Assembly (NCBI GenBank): GCA_044350895.1
Contig: JBILGT010000004.1
Location: 3,829-67,828 of the forward strand
Direction of reading: 5' to 3'
Origin: Limisphaerales bacterium
GTDB lineage: Bacteria; Patescibacteriota; Microgenomatia; UBA1400; PJMF01
DNA length: 64,000 nt
A model generated the notes under the pieces. The model was given only the letters and a program-made list of their open reading frames with translations. It was not told the DNA's origin and did not search any database. Both the position numbers and the translations under genes were made by a program. Of the stretch, positions 19,482-27,899 are shown piece by piece; the stretch's first letter is position 1, and every line of letters starts with the position of its first letter.

Positions 19482-20319
19482 CTTTCCAATTATCTTTGAA
19501 GATGAAGACATTCTAGTGATTGATAAACCCGCTGGTATCGTCGTTAACGAAGCAAGTAATGTGCCAGGAGAGACAATCCAGTCATGGATGTCAAAACGCC
19601 TGTATCACGAAGCTCAAAGCGGTGATTGGTATAGTTTACTACCCAAAGATTTTACTGAAGAGTATGGTTCACCAGAAGAAATTTTCAAAGAACGCAACGG
19701 AATTGTCCATAGATTGGATAAAGATACGAGTGGAGCACTTGTCTTGGCAAAAAATCCAGGCAGTTTGATGAACCTCATGGCTCAGTTCAAGCAGCGAGAA
19801 ACACACAAAGAGTATATTTGTTTGGTACATGGATTATTTCACAGCCCTGAAGACACAATCAGATTACCATTGCTTCGTTCTACATCAAACAAAGGTAAGT
19901 TCCAAGTTTCCGTTGGAGGACGTCCCGCTGAAACAGCTTTCAAGGTGCTCAAGACATTTGCTTTTTCTCAAGACAGATTGCTGCAGTTAATCCGTCAGCA
20001 TGATGTCGAAAAAGGGAAAACCGATGCCCAAGTCATGAAAGAGTATCAGACATATCATGATTTTAGTTTGATTAGTTGCCAGCCTAAAACGGGGCGGACA
20101 CACCAAATCAGAGTTCATTTTTCTTATCTACAGCATCCACTTGTTTCAGATCAAGTGTATACCAATAAATGGCGTGTAAAGGCTGATGTATTGTGGTGTC
20201 CGAGACAATTTTTGCACGCAAGTAGCATCACATTTAAGCACCCTCGTACCAAAGAAATGCTTACGCTTGCAGCGCCGTTAGAGAATGACCTCGAGGCAGT
20301 TTTGAAAACCCTTGAGTAA
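19474..20319 (+). CDS. RluA-family pseudouridine synthase
   Basis: IDKPAG, VHRLDKDTSG, TGRTHQIRVH and QFLHA. Confidence 0.95.
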   Translation: MNNFPIIFEDEDILVIDKPAGIVVNEASNVPGETIQSWMSKRLYHEAQSGDWYSLLPKDFTEEYGSPEEIFKERNGIVHRLDKDTSGALVLAKNPGSLMNLMAQFKQRETHKEYICLVHGLFHSPEDTIRLPLLRSTSNKGKFQVSVGGRPAETAFKVLKTFAFSQDRLLQLIRQHDVEKGKTDAQVMKEYQTYHDFSLISCQPKTGRTHQIRVHFSYLQHPLVSDQVYTNKWRVKADVLWCPRQFLHASSITFKHPRTKEMLTLAAPLENDLEAVLKTLE

Positions 20320-20363
20320 TTTGACCCCTTGTAGATATACTCATCTACGATATATAGTTGACT

Positions 20364-20978
20364 ATGGCTCCTCACAAACAAACTCCAAGTGTTAGTTTTC
20401 CAAATGATTCTATTTCCTACACAGTGCCCACTTGGGCAGACATGATGGATGGTATTTTTGATATTTCTCAACAAATTACTGCCAGTAACGAACAGTACGA
20501 TGTAATTGTTACCTTAGCAAAAGGTGGCTTACCGTTATCAAGAATTTTGGCTGATTTTTTACATATTCCGATTATTTTAAGTTTGGGTGTTCGTTTCTAT
20601 ACAGGAATTAGAGAAACTCTTGATAAACCTGAAATTTATCAAGATATATATCCAGTTTCAGGAGTTGCGGGCAAAAAAGTGCTGCTTTTTGATGATGTAG
20701 CAGAGACAGGTGAATCACTTATTTTTGGTGAACAGTATTGCAGAGCATTGGGTGCAGAAAGTGTCACTACAGCTGCAGTGTATATGAAGCCAAAAACTCG
20801 CCATATACCCAAACATTATGCCTTTGAAACAACTGACTGGATTTTATTTCCATTTGAGATTATGGAGTCAGTGAATCAGTTAGACAGCAGGTGGCAAGAA
20901 CAGGGGATTGCTGCTGCTGAACGACAATCACGATTTATAAAAATTGGATGCAAGAAGGAGTGGCTCAATCAAAAATAA
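20364..20978 (+). CDS. Type I phosphoribosyltransferase (purine salvage-like)
   Basis: LAKGG, VLLFDDVAETGES PRPP-binding loop and WILFPFE. Confidence 0.9.
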   Translation: MAPHKQTPSVSFPNDSISYTVPTWADMMDGIFDISQQITASNEQYDVIVTLAKGGLPLSRILADFLHIPIILSLGVRFYTGIRETLDKPEIYQDIYPVSGVAGKKVLLFDDVAETGESLIFGEQYCRALGAESVTTAAVYMKPKTRHIPKHYAFETTDWILFPFEIMESVNQLDSRWQEQGIAAAERQSRFIKIGCKKEWLNQK

Positions 20979-21004
20979 TATAGGTAACTATATGATAATG
21001 AGTC

Positions 21005-21092
21005 GCGAAGGCAAATAGAAGGCTTTCGCTCCCAAGTAACAAACGTTGTCTACCTAAAAAGTAGACAAATAGAAACCAAGTTGAGCAGAAAG
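21005..21092 (+). promoter_or_regulatory. Structured 5'-leader RNA motif, copy 1 (candidate riboswitch)
   Basis: Shares TTCGCTCCCAAGTAACAA and GAAACCAAG-W-TGAGC-W-GAAAG with 22371-22444; two hairpins; follows a -10-like box. Confidence 0.7.
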
Positions 21093-21095
21093 TCT

Positions 21096-22310
21096 ATGCT
21101 AGCACTACCTGAACGCCAACAACCATTCGTAGATTCCCAACAAGCTGAGCTGGATGCGATTATTCGCAACGAGCAACAACTAAAAGCTGCTCAAGCAGCT
21201 GACCGAAAACGTTCTTACATAGAGCCAGGAATACCTGATGTAGAACGTCAAGTTGATTTGGTGCGCATGAGAGGCTTTGAATTTCAAACGAATCCAGATG
21301 GATCAGAAGTAATTGACATACTATGGCCATCACCGGAAGAGGAGGAAACAGACTATCGTGGTTTTGTTCAAGTAGCGCATCTGTTGTGGCGCAAAAGAAA
21401 TCAATCTGACAAACAGTTTTTTGCTAGCCCAAAATATCGGCACTCAGCCGATCAGGCATTAAGTACTTGGCAACAAGTTGAAGAACTACTAATGGGTGAT
21501 AGCATTTCTCAGACTGGAGTACCATTTTTCCGTAAGTTACATGACCCTTCAATTCCTGTCACTAAAGCTCACACAGGGCGAACTCCAGCTGCTCACATTC
21601 TTGATGTTTTAGAATGTGTGAAATCAGATCATCTGCAATTAGATTTTCGTCGTTTTCTTGTTCGTGTTAATGCTGTTATGCATGATTGGGGCAAGCTGTT
21701 TATTTCTGGCAAGGATATTTATCAGGATCACGCTCATATCAGTTACTATATCGCTCGAAAATTTTTAGCACGTTACTTCATTGAATATTTTGGTGCAACA
21801 CCTGAAATTGCATTTGCTCAAGCCGCAACATTTACATTACCGATTAAGTATCATCATTTACTTGAACAAGTTGAAGAAAATATTCTAACTGAAAAAGAAG
21901 CAGCTCAATTACTGCCCTCAGAAGCTGTGCTTGAGGAGATTGCGACGCTGACGATAGCAGATCGTTTAAGTGTGCGTGGTGGAATGGGCAGATATGCAAT
22001 GTTTGCATTTCTTGTCTTTTTTGGTTATCCACACCTTTTGAAACAGATTGTCACAACAGAAGAAGTTTTGGTGCTGGCGCAGCGATTAAGTGGCCAATGT
22101 TTAGGTGGTGTTGCTGATGTTTTACATTCATCTGATGAGTATCCAAATCTAATTGATAGCATTGCGCTGCCTGTCATCAATGGCATTATGAATTTTCAAG
22201 CTACCAGTGATGGGCTAGTTACGATGCTTAGTCAAAGTGCCTTAGGTACTCACACGGAGCAAGTATCAAACGCTCAGAAAAGCGGACTACTGTATAAAGG
22301 TATAAAGTGA
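21096..22310 (+). CDS. HD-domain metal-dependent phosphohydrolase
   Basis: AHILDV...MHDWGK...DHAHIS...YHH...IADR is the H...HD...H...HH...D pattern. Confidence 0.8.
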   Translation: MLALPERQQPFVDSQQAELDAIIRNEQQLKAAQAADRKRSYIEPGIPDVERQVDLVRMRGFEFQTNPDGSEVIDILWPSPEEEETDYRGFVQVAHLLWRKRNQSDKQFFASPKYRHSADQALSTWQQVEELLMGDSISQTGVPFFRKLHDPSIPVTKAHTGRTPAAHILDVLECVKSDHLQLDFRRFLVRVNAVMHDWGKLFISGKDIYQDHAHISYYIARKFLARYFIEYFGATPEIAFAQAATFTLPIKYHHLLEQVEENILTEKEAAQLLPSEAVLEEIATLTIADRLSVRGGMGRYAMFAFLVFFGYPHLLKQIVTTEEVLVLAQRLSGQCLGGVADVLHSSDEYPNLIDSIALPVINGIMNFQATSDGLVTMLSQSALGTHTEQVSNAQKSGLLYKGIK

Positions 22311-22370
22311 TCACATATGTATATTTACAGATACATATGATGCATATATAATAACCTATAATAATTAAGT

Positions 22371-22462
22371 GCGGAACACCAAGTGCTTCGCTCCCAAGTA
22401 ACAACACTTTGCTAGTGCAAAGGGAAACCAAGATGAGCTGAAAGAATACTGGGTGTTTTTTT
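22371..22462 (+). promoter_or_regulatory. Structured 5'-leader RNA motif, copy 2, with downstream U-tract
   Basis: Same conserved blocks as copy 1 with different hairpin sequences; TATAAT at 22357-22362; ends TACTGGGTG-T7. Confidence 0.7.
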
Positions 22463-22470
22463 GTAACCAA

Positions 22471-23961
22471 ATGGCAAAAATAGAACGTACTGAACGGCTA
22501 GCTCCTCCTACTAATACTGAAATTTTTCAGCAGCTACATAATCTTTTGATCTACTGGCTTTCGCCATCTGAAGTGAGCCAATTACTGGCTCAGATTGCTT
22601 TTAAAGAACTTAGTTCACCAGCATTTTTGCAAGGTATTTCAAGAATAGTAATCGCCTCAAATCCTGAAGGTAAAAAGACTCGAGGGCTGATTCAAGCACT
22701 CCATGGTTACTTTACCCGTGAGGGAGGGACTCCACTTGAAATTGAAGCCCGTGATCCAGAAAAATTATCGGGAAAACTTGAAGTGAGTGTTTCAAGCGCT
22801 GGTCTAGCTGCAAACTGGAAAGTTGATCAAGCACGCCGTGCGATTGCTGGTAATTTTGGTGGTGATACTGTTCTGGTCGGTACTGACACGATTATTTTTG
22901 CTGGAAATGATTCAACTTCAATTGAACGGTTTCCTAACCCAGAACGTGATAGACACTTCGCCCAGATACATGGTTTACCTTGGACTTGGGGAAGTATTAA
23001 AGGACAAGTTGAGAGAGTTGTGAATAAAATTGCGAGCAGAGAAGCAGAGCCTCCAAAGGAAGCCGTGGTCATTGCTCACTGCGTGACCTCATTTGCACGA
23101 AAAGCACTTGCTGAAGATGCTGGTGTACTTTTCAACCTTGGCTATTCTATTCGCACGATCTACTGGGGAATTAAAGAAGAACAGATCTGGAGAGATATCG
23201 AAAAGTATCGGGCAGAAAATACTATTGCCCACATGAACAAGCGACCACCACTGGTAAAACTTGCAGAAGATTATCGCGATCACATCACAGAAGTTGATAT
23301 TACGCACCTTGTTTGTGGTTTGCTGGCTGATACTGTGGGAAACCCCATAACATTTGAAAATAAAGATGGACATGAGGTATTGATGGATCCTGGAAAAGAG
23401 GATCTGAGATTTGTACGTCCTGGTCTGATGTTACAAAATGATGGCAGTATCCAGCTAGTTGATACGTTGGGTGGGGTACAAACACTTACACTTGATAGTT
23501 GTACAACAGGACAGATACTAGGTGTGATTGATGACAGTGGCAAACGCATTTTTTCGGAACCAACTGAACGAGGAATTCGTTTTCTAATCCCAAAACGAGG
23601 ACTTTTACTCACTAAAGTGCGCATGTCTTTGGAAAATGGTACAGTGCGACAGCTTACCTCTCTTGAATCAAACATTCTTAGAACACTAATTGAACAGACG
23701 CAAGCATATGAAAAAGTCCTAGATATCGTAACAAGCTTTATGATCGATGGCATCCCGCCTCAGGTAGTACTTGCAGCATTTCTCGCGAGTGTTGCTGTGC
23801 CACTGCAAGGCAATTCACAGGAAGTAACTGTGATGGGGTACCCTGAACTACTTAAGCCGACTGAGCCTGATGGTTCACCACGCAGAGAGACGCCAACTGA
23901 GAAGGCACAAAGGATTAGAGACGCGTATGTGCGAATGCATGTGGGTAAATATAGTTTTTAA
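22471..23961 (+). CDS. Large protein with divergent Maf/HAM1-like NTP pyrophosphatase domain
   Basis: IVIASNPEGKK...LAANWKV...VLVGTDTIIFAG parallels Maf LILAS.S.RR...LA..KA...VIGADTVV; the C-terminal region is unassigned. Confidence 0.55.
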   Translation: MAKIERTERLAPPTNTEIFQQLHNLLIYWLSPSEVSQLLAQIAFKELSSPAFLQGISRIVIASNPEGKKTRGLIQALHGYFTREGGTPLEIEARDPEKLSGKLEVSVSSAGLAANWKVDQARRAIAGNFGGDTVLVGTDTIIFAGNDSTSIERFPNPERDRHFAQIHGLPWTWGSIKGQVERVVNKIASREAEPPKEAVVIAHCVTSFARKALAEDAGVLFNLGYSIRTIYWGIKEEQIWRDIEKYRAENTIAHMNKRPPLVKLAEDYRDHITEVDITHLVCGLLADTVGNPITFENKDGHEVLMDPGKEDLRFVRPGLMLQNDGSIQLVDTLGGVQTLTLDSCTTGQILGVIDDSGKRIFSEPTERGIRFLIPKRGLLLTKVRMSLENGTVRQLTSLESNILRTLIEQTQAYEKVLDIVTSFMIDGIPPQVVLAAFLASVAVPLQGNSQEVTVMGYPELLKPTEPDGSPRRETPTEKAQRIRDAYVRMHVGKYSF

Positions 23962-24284
23962 TTTAGTGATTCAGCAAGAAGGTTAGCAGTATTTTGAGGA
24001 TCATTCACACTGGCGGTTATGGTATGTAGTTGTAGTTCTTCAATCGTCAGGGCAAATTCTGGGTCAAACGGAGTGTGTTTCAAAAATAATATTGCGGCGT
24101 AGCCAGGTTCAGTTTCAAGTAAAACACGTAACTCATCAATGCCAATATCACCGAGTGAAACAGTATCAAAACTTCCTTTAGTGAACGGATGTCTATGCAG
24201 CTCTTGAGTAATTTGTGCAGCACCGTTTCTGGGGCCAACTACTGCAACTGATTTTCGATGCCCTGTTTCAACTGTTTTACTCAT
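23958..24284 (-). CDS. Hypothetical protein (108 aa, alpha/beta)
   Basis: ATG-initiated ORF filling the gap; no recognised motif. Confidence 0.6.
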   Translation of the reverse strand: MSKTVETGHRKSVAVVGPRNGAAQITQELHRHPFTKGSFDTVSLGDIGIDELRVLLETEPGYAAILFLKHTPFDPEFALTIEELQLHTITASVNDPQNTANLLAESLN

Positions 24285-24358
24285 ATGAAATTATCACACA
24301 TTTTATCATTTACTGATAAAAATAATATATGAAAATTGTACTAATGCTGTACGATAGG

Positions 24359-24850
24359 TTACGCCTTATAGGTGACAACAAGTTCTGGAGGAGTGAATTC
24401 CTGAGAAGTGATCTCTTGTTGTGGCTTTGTCGTCAAAAGATACATGGTATCGTGTGGAGCTGCTGCGTAGACACTCAATAAGTGACTGAGTATCAGGTCC
24501 CAGTTTCCAACATCTGGATACATCGCTTGTAAGTCCTGCATGACTTCTGCTCTCAAAATATTGTACGCGACACTGCCAGTATCAGTGGGAAATGCTCCAA
24601 CTTCACATTTGGCAATAATTGTCTGAGTGAGTGAGTTGAAATGTAGATCAGGATCAAATGCTTCACCTGTATTTGGACGTGGAGCTACTAACTGTAAATG
24701 CAAAATACCAGTTTCAAGATCATTTTGCAGTACGACAAGAATAGTGGCTCGGGGAGCACGCAAGAATTTTTCAACTGCATCAGGATCGCGTTGTAAGCCG
24801 AGTGGACGCTCTGCGAGCTGGATAGGAGATTCTGGTCGTAGGTTCTGCAT
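24359..24850 (-). CDS. Hypothetical protein (163 aa)
   Basis: ATG 8 nt after a TATAAT on the minus strand; no recognised motif. Confidence 0.65.
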   Translation of the reverse strand: MQNLRPESPIQLAERPLGLQRDPDAVEKFLRAPRATILVVLQNDLETGILHLQLVAPRPNTGEAFDPDLHFNSLTQTIIAKCEVGAFPTDTGSVAYNILRAEVMQDLQAMYPDVGNWDLILSHLLSVYAAAPHDTMYLLTTKPQQEITSQEFTPPELVVTYKA

Positions 24851-24940
24851 AAAAGTGCATTATAGTATATCAAAAATTGCAGCCAAAGCAATGTAAAGCC
24901 AGGCTTTACTTTTTAACCTGCAAAAGCTACGCTATCAGCT

Positions 24941-24991
24941 ATGATCAAATCACGCCTTGCATCTCACTCCTCATTTTCTACTGCACACTAG
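24941..24991 (+). CDS. Possible Ser-rich leader peptide MIKSRLASHSSFSTAH
   Basis: 16 codons, 5 of them Ser; 7 nt after TACGCT; followed by hairpins and then glyA. Confidence 0.4.
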   Translation: MIKSRLASHSSFSTAH

Positions 24992-25078
24992 ACTCGTGTC
25001 GCACGTCGTAGTACAACTCTTTGCAAGAGTTATGTTTTAATTTCAGTACATACCAAATTTTTAAACCGAAAGGGCATA

Positions 25079-26389
25079 ATGCCAGATACAATTTTTTCTC
25101 TGATAGATCAAGAGGAACAGCGCCAAAAAGAAATGATTGGCTTGATTCCATCTGAAAATAATACTTCACCTGAAGTTTCCGCAGTGCTAGCTTCCTGTCT
25201 GTCCAACAAATATGCAGAAGGTTACCCTGGACGCCGTTACTATGAAGGCAACCAAATCGTAGACAAGATAGAAAATGCTGCAATTGATCGAGTTAAAGAG
25301 TTATTTGATGTTCCATACGTCAATGTACAGCCATATTCTGGTAGTCCGGCAAATTTTGCAATTTACTTTGCGTTGATGCAACCTGGCGAGACGCTCATGG
25401 GCTTAAAGCTATCAATGGGAGGACATTTAACGCATGGTCACCCAAATGTCACTGCCTCAGGACGTTTTTATAACTCAGTTCAGTATGGAGTGAAAGAAAA
25501 TGCGCGAATTGATTTTGATGAAGTACGTGAACTTGCCAAAAAGCATAAACCAAAAGTTATCGTAGCAGGCAATACGGCATATCCTTTCAAGCTAGATTTT
25601 AAGAAGTTTAGAGAAATTGCTGATGAAGTTGGAGCCTGGCTGGTGGCAGACATTTCTCATGTCACCGGTTTGGTTATTGCTGGTGAACATCCGAGTCCAA
25701 TGCCATTTGCCGATGTTGTCATGACGACAACACACAAAACTTTCCGAGGCCCTCGTGGCGCTATGATTTTGGTGACCAAAAGAGGAATGAAACGCGATCC
25801 AGAGCTTGGTAAAAAAATTGATGGAGCTATTATTCCTGGTCTGCAAGGTGGTCCACACAATGCCACCACTGCAGCAATTGCAATTGCTGCTAAAGAAGCC
25901 AGTACCGCCAAGTTTAAAAAGTATGCCCAGCAGATTAGAAAAAATGCTGATGCAATGGCTGACGAATTCAAAAAACAAGGATTAACCCTGGTGGGTGGAG
26001 GAACTGAGACACACCTGATTGTGGTAGATTTAACGCCATTTGGTATAAGTCTCGGAACACAAGTTTCGTTTGCTATGGATGTGGCAGGAATCTATGCCAA
26101 CCGCAACACAGTGCCAACAGAAAAAGGCTCACCATTCTATCCATCTGGCTTGCGCGTGGGAACACCACTCGTTACCACTCGGGGAATGAAAGAAAAAGAA
26201 ATGCGTCAAATTGCTCGTTGGATTGCACAAGTAGTTGACCACGTCAAAAATGAACAACTGCCCACAGATCCAAAAGAGCGACAAGCATTTTTGAGTGACT
26301 TTAGAAAGAAAGCAGTCAAGGATACAACCTTGCTTGCTATCAGAAAAGAAGTCACAGAGCTTGCACTCAAGTTCCCACTGTTTAAATAG
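25079..26389 (+). CDS. glyA: Serine hydroxymethyltransferase
   Basis: LIPSEN, NKYAEGYPGRRYY, GGHLTHG, TTTHKTFRGPRG and QGGP. Confidence 0.98.
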   Translation: MPDTIFSLIDQEEQRQKEMIGLIPSENNTSPEVSAVLASCLSNKYAEGYPGRRYYEGNQIVDKIENAAIDRVKELFDVPYVNVQPYSGSPANFAIYFALMQPGETLMGLKLSMGGHLTHGHPNVTASGRFYNSVQYGVKENARIDFDEVRELAKKHKPKVIVAGNTAYPFKLDFKKFREIADEVGAWLVADISHVTGLVIAGEHPSPMPFADVVMTTTHKTFRGPRGAMILVTKRGMKRDPELGKKIDGAIIPGLQGGPHNATTAAIAIAAKEASTAKFKKYAQQIRKNADAMADEFKKQGLTLVGGGTETHLIVVDLTPFGISLGTQVSFAMDVAGIYANRNTVPTEKGSPFYPSGLRVGTPLVTTRGMKEKEMRQIARWIAQVVDHVKNEQLPTDPKERQAFLSDFRKKAVKDTTLLAIRKEVTELALKFPLFK

Positions 26390-26395
26390 CACATC

Positions 26396-26525
26396 GAGCT
26401 GATTACTTCCATCAGACACAGCTGGCACCTTCTCCAGCTTTGCTAGCTTCTTGCTCCAGTACTTTTTGGGGATCGAGAAGTTCGTGGTGTCGCAAGTAGC
26501 TACAGTCTGTGAAAGTAATCAGCTC
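26396..26525 (+). ncRNA. Long irregular rod-like hairpin upstream of the Q-precursor transporter
   Basis: 13-bp perfect terminal stem GAGCTGATTACTT/AAGTAATCAGCTC plus four nested helices, with G-U pairs on the + strand. Confidence 0.55.
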
Positions 26526-26554
26526 TTCACGTACATAATTACTCAAAAGGAAAC

Positions 26555-27206
26555 ATGTTTAAAATTCAAAAATTTGATCTTATCGTAGCAGTCTATATTT
26601 TCTGTATTGCAGCGTCAGAGCTGATGGGAGCAAAAACATTCCCACTGGCCAATATTTTCGGTTATCAACTCAATGCTAGTGTTGCGATCTTTCTCTTGCC
26701 ACTGCTATTTACCATCAACGATATGGTGACTGAAGTGTATGGAAAAGAGCGGACAAAAAGCATTATTCGCTCAGGAACAGTAGTTATTTTTTTACTCTTA
26801 CTATTTTCATTGCTAGCAACTAGTTTGCCAGCGTCAGGTAGATTTCAGTCCACTGAACCTGCATATGACACAATTTTTGGACTATCAGCAAGAATTGCTG
26901 CAGCAAGTTTGATTGCATTTACAACTGCAGATTTCTTGGATGTGGCAGTTTTCGCCAAGATTCGCAAGGCACTGGGAAAAAGTAAGTTGTGGCTTAGAAA
27001 TAATCTTTCAAATTTTATTGCGCAGTTTGTAGATACCGTACTATTTATGTTTTTGGCATTTTATTCATTCGATAGATCTCTGAGTGCCAACCTGACGTTT
27101 TTATTCAGCCTAATTCTGCCATATTGGCTCCTGAAGTGTTCCAATGTCAGTAATTGAAACCCCATTGGTATATTGGGGTGTTAACTGGCTTAAGCGGGAA
27201 GAATAG
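26555..27206 (+). pseudogene. yhhQ: Queuosine precursor transporter (YhhQ/VUT family) with +1 frameshift near the 3' end
   Basis: LMGAK, DMVTEVYG, RIAAASL, DVAVF and WLRNNLSN...QFVDT. The ORF stops at 27157, but the C-terminus MSVIETPLVYWGVNWLKREE* continues in another frame to 27206. Real lesion or assembly error. Confidence 0.8.
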
Positions 27207-27879
27207 CTTCAATCATCTCGAGTTCACGTCGGCCATGGAATTTTGCTTTAACATCTTCATGGCTGACGTCAAAACCAGCGCGTTCGAGAAGCGTAATGAA
27301 ATCCTCACGTTTTTGAGAAGCACTGGGATGGAACTCGCAGATAATATGTTTGATCAGATGTAGAGAATCACGTGCACTTTTTAGCACTTCCACTTCGGCA
27401 CCTTCAATATCCATTTTGAGTAAATCGATAGGCTGAGTAATGAGCGACGCCAAGGTGACAACAGGAACACGGATCGCTTCAGTTTTCTGCGCATTATTCC
27501 AAGCACCTTCAATAAATGAGGCAGTACTATGCCAATTGAATTCTGTGTCAGCATACAACGTACGAGCGCGAGCTGGTTCCGCACCCAGAGCAGCATTCAC
27601 TGTGGTTATGTCCTGGAGATCATTTTCAGCAATGTTTTTTTCGAGTAGTGCAAAATTGATAGGATGCGGTTCAACTGCAATGATCTGTGCACCAGGCAGT
27701 ACTTTTTTGAAGTAAAGTGTTGACAATCCAATATGTGCTCCAGCATCGATGATTACTGGCCGAGGATTTTCAGTTTCAAAGTAGTACGTATGATGAGTAA
27801 ACACCTCAGACTTGAGCTGGAGCGTCTCTTCACGGTTGTTACACCAGACTTCAAACGGTTCTATAGTTAGTTTTTCCAT
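27190..27879 (-). CDS. FkbM-family methyltransferase
   Basis: IIDAGAHIG, AVEPHP, LLKMDIEGAE and CEFH. Confidence 0.92.
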   Translation of the reverse strand: MEKLTIEPFEVWCNNREETLQLKSEVFTHHTYYFETENPRPVIIDAGAHIGLSTLYFKKVLPGAQIIAVEPHPINFALLEKNIAENDLQDITTVNAALGAEPARARTLYADTEFNWHSTASFIEGAWNNAQKTEAIRVPVVTLASLITQPIDLLKMDIEGAEVEVLKSARDSLHLIKHIICEFHPSASQKREDFITLLERAGFDVSHEDVKAKFHGRRELEMIEAILPA

Positions 27880-27899
27880 ATATGGTATTCTACCTAAAT

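Noticed and set aside
21005-22444. Repeated motif as a CRISPR repeat, integron attC site, or hammerhead/twister ribozyme
   Set aside because: Only two copies, 1.3 kb apart, at gene 5' ends. There are no RYYYAAC/GTTRRRY ends and no CUGANGA core, and the twister resemblance is limited to UCCCAAG.
24900-25078. ZTP or glycine riboswitch upstream of glyA
   Set aside because: Consensus elements of neither class are visible.
26430-26470. preQ1-II riboswitch (GCTAGCTTCTT resemblance)
   Set aside because: The flanking stem and the pseudoknot to the RBS are not supported, and the segment is buried in the long hairpin.
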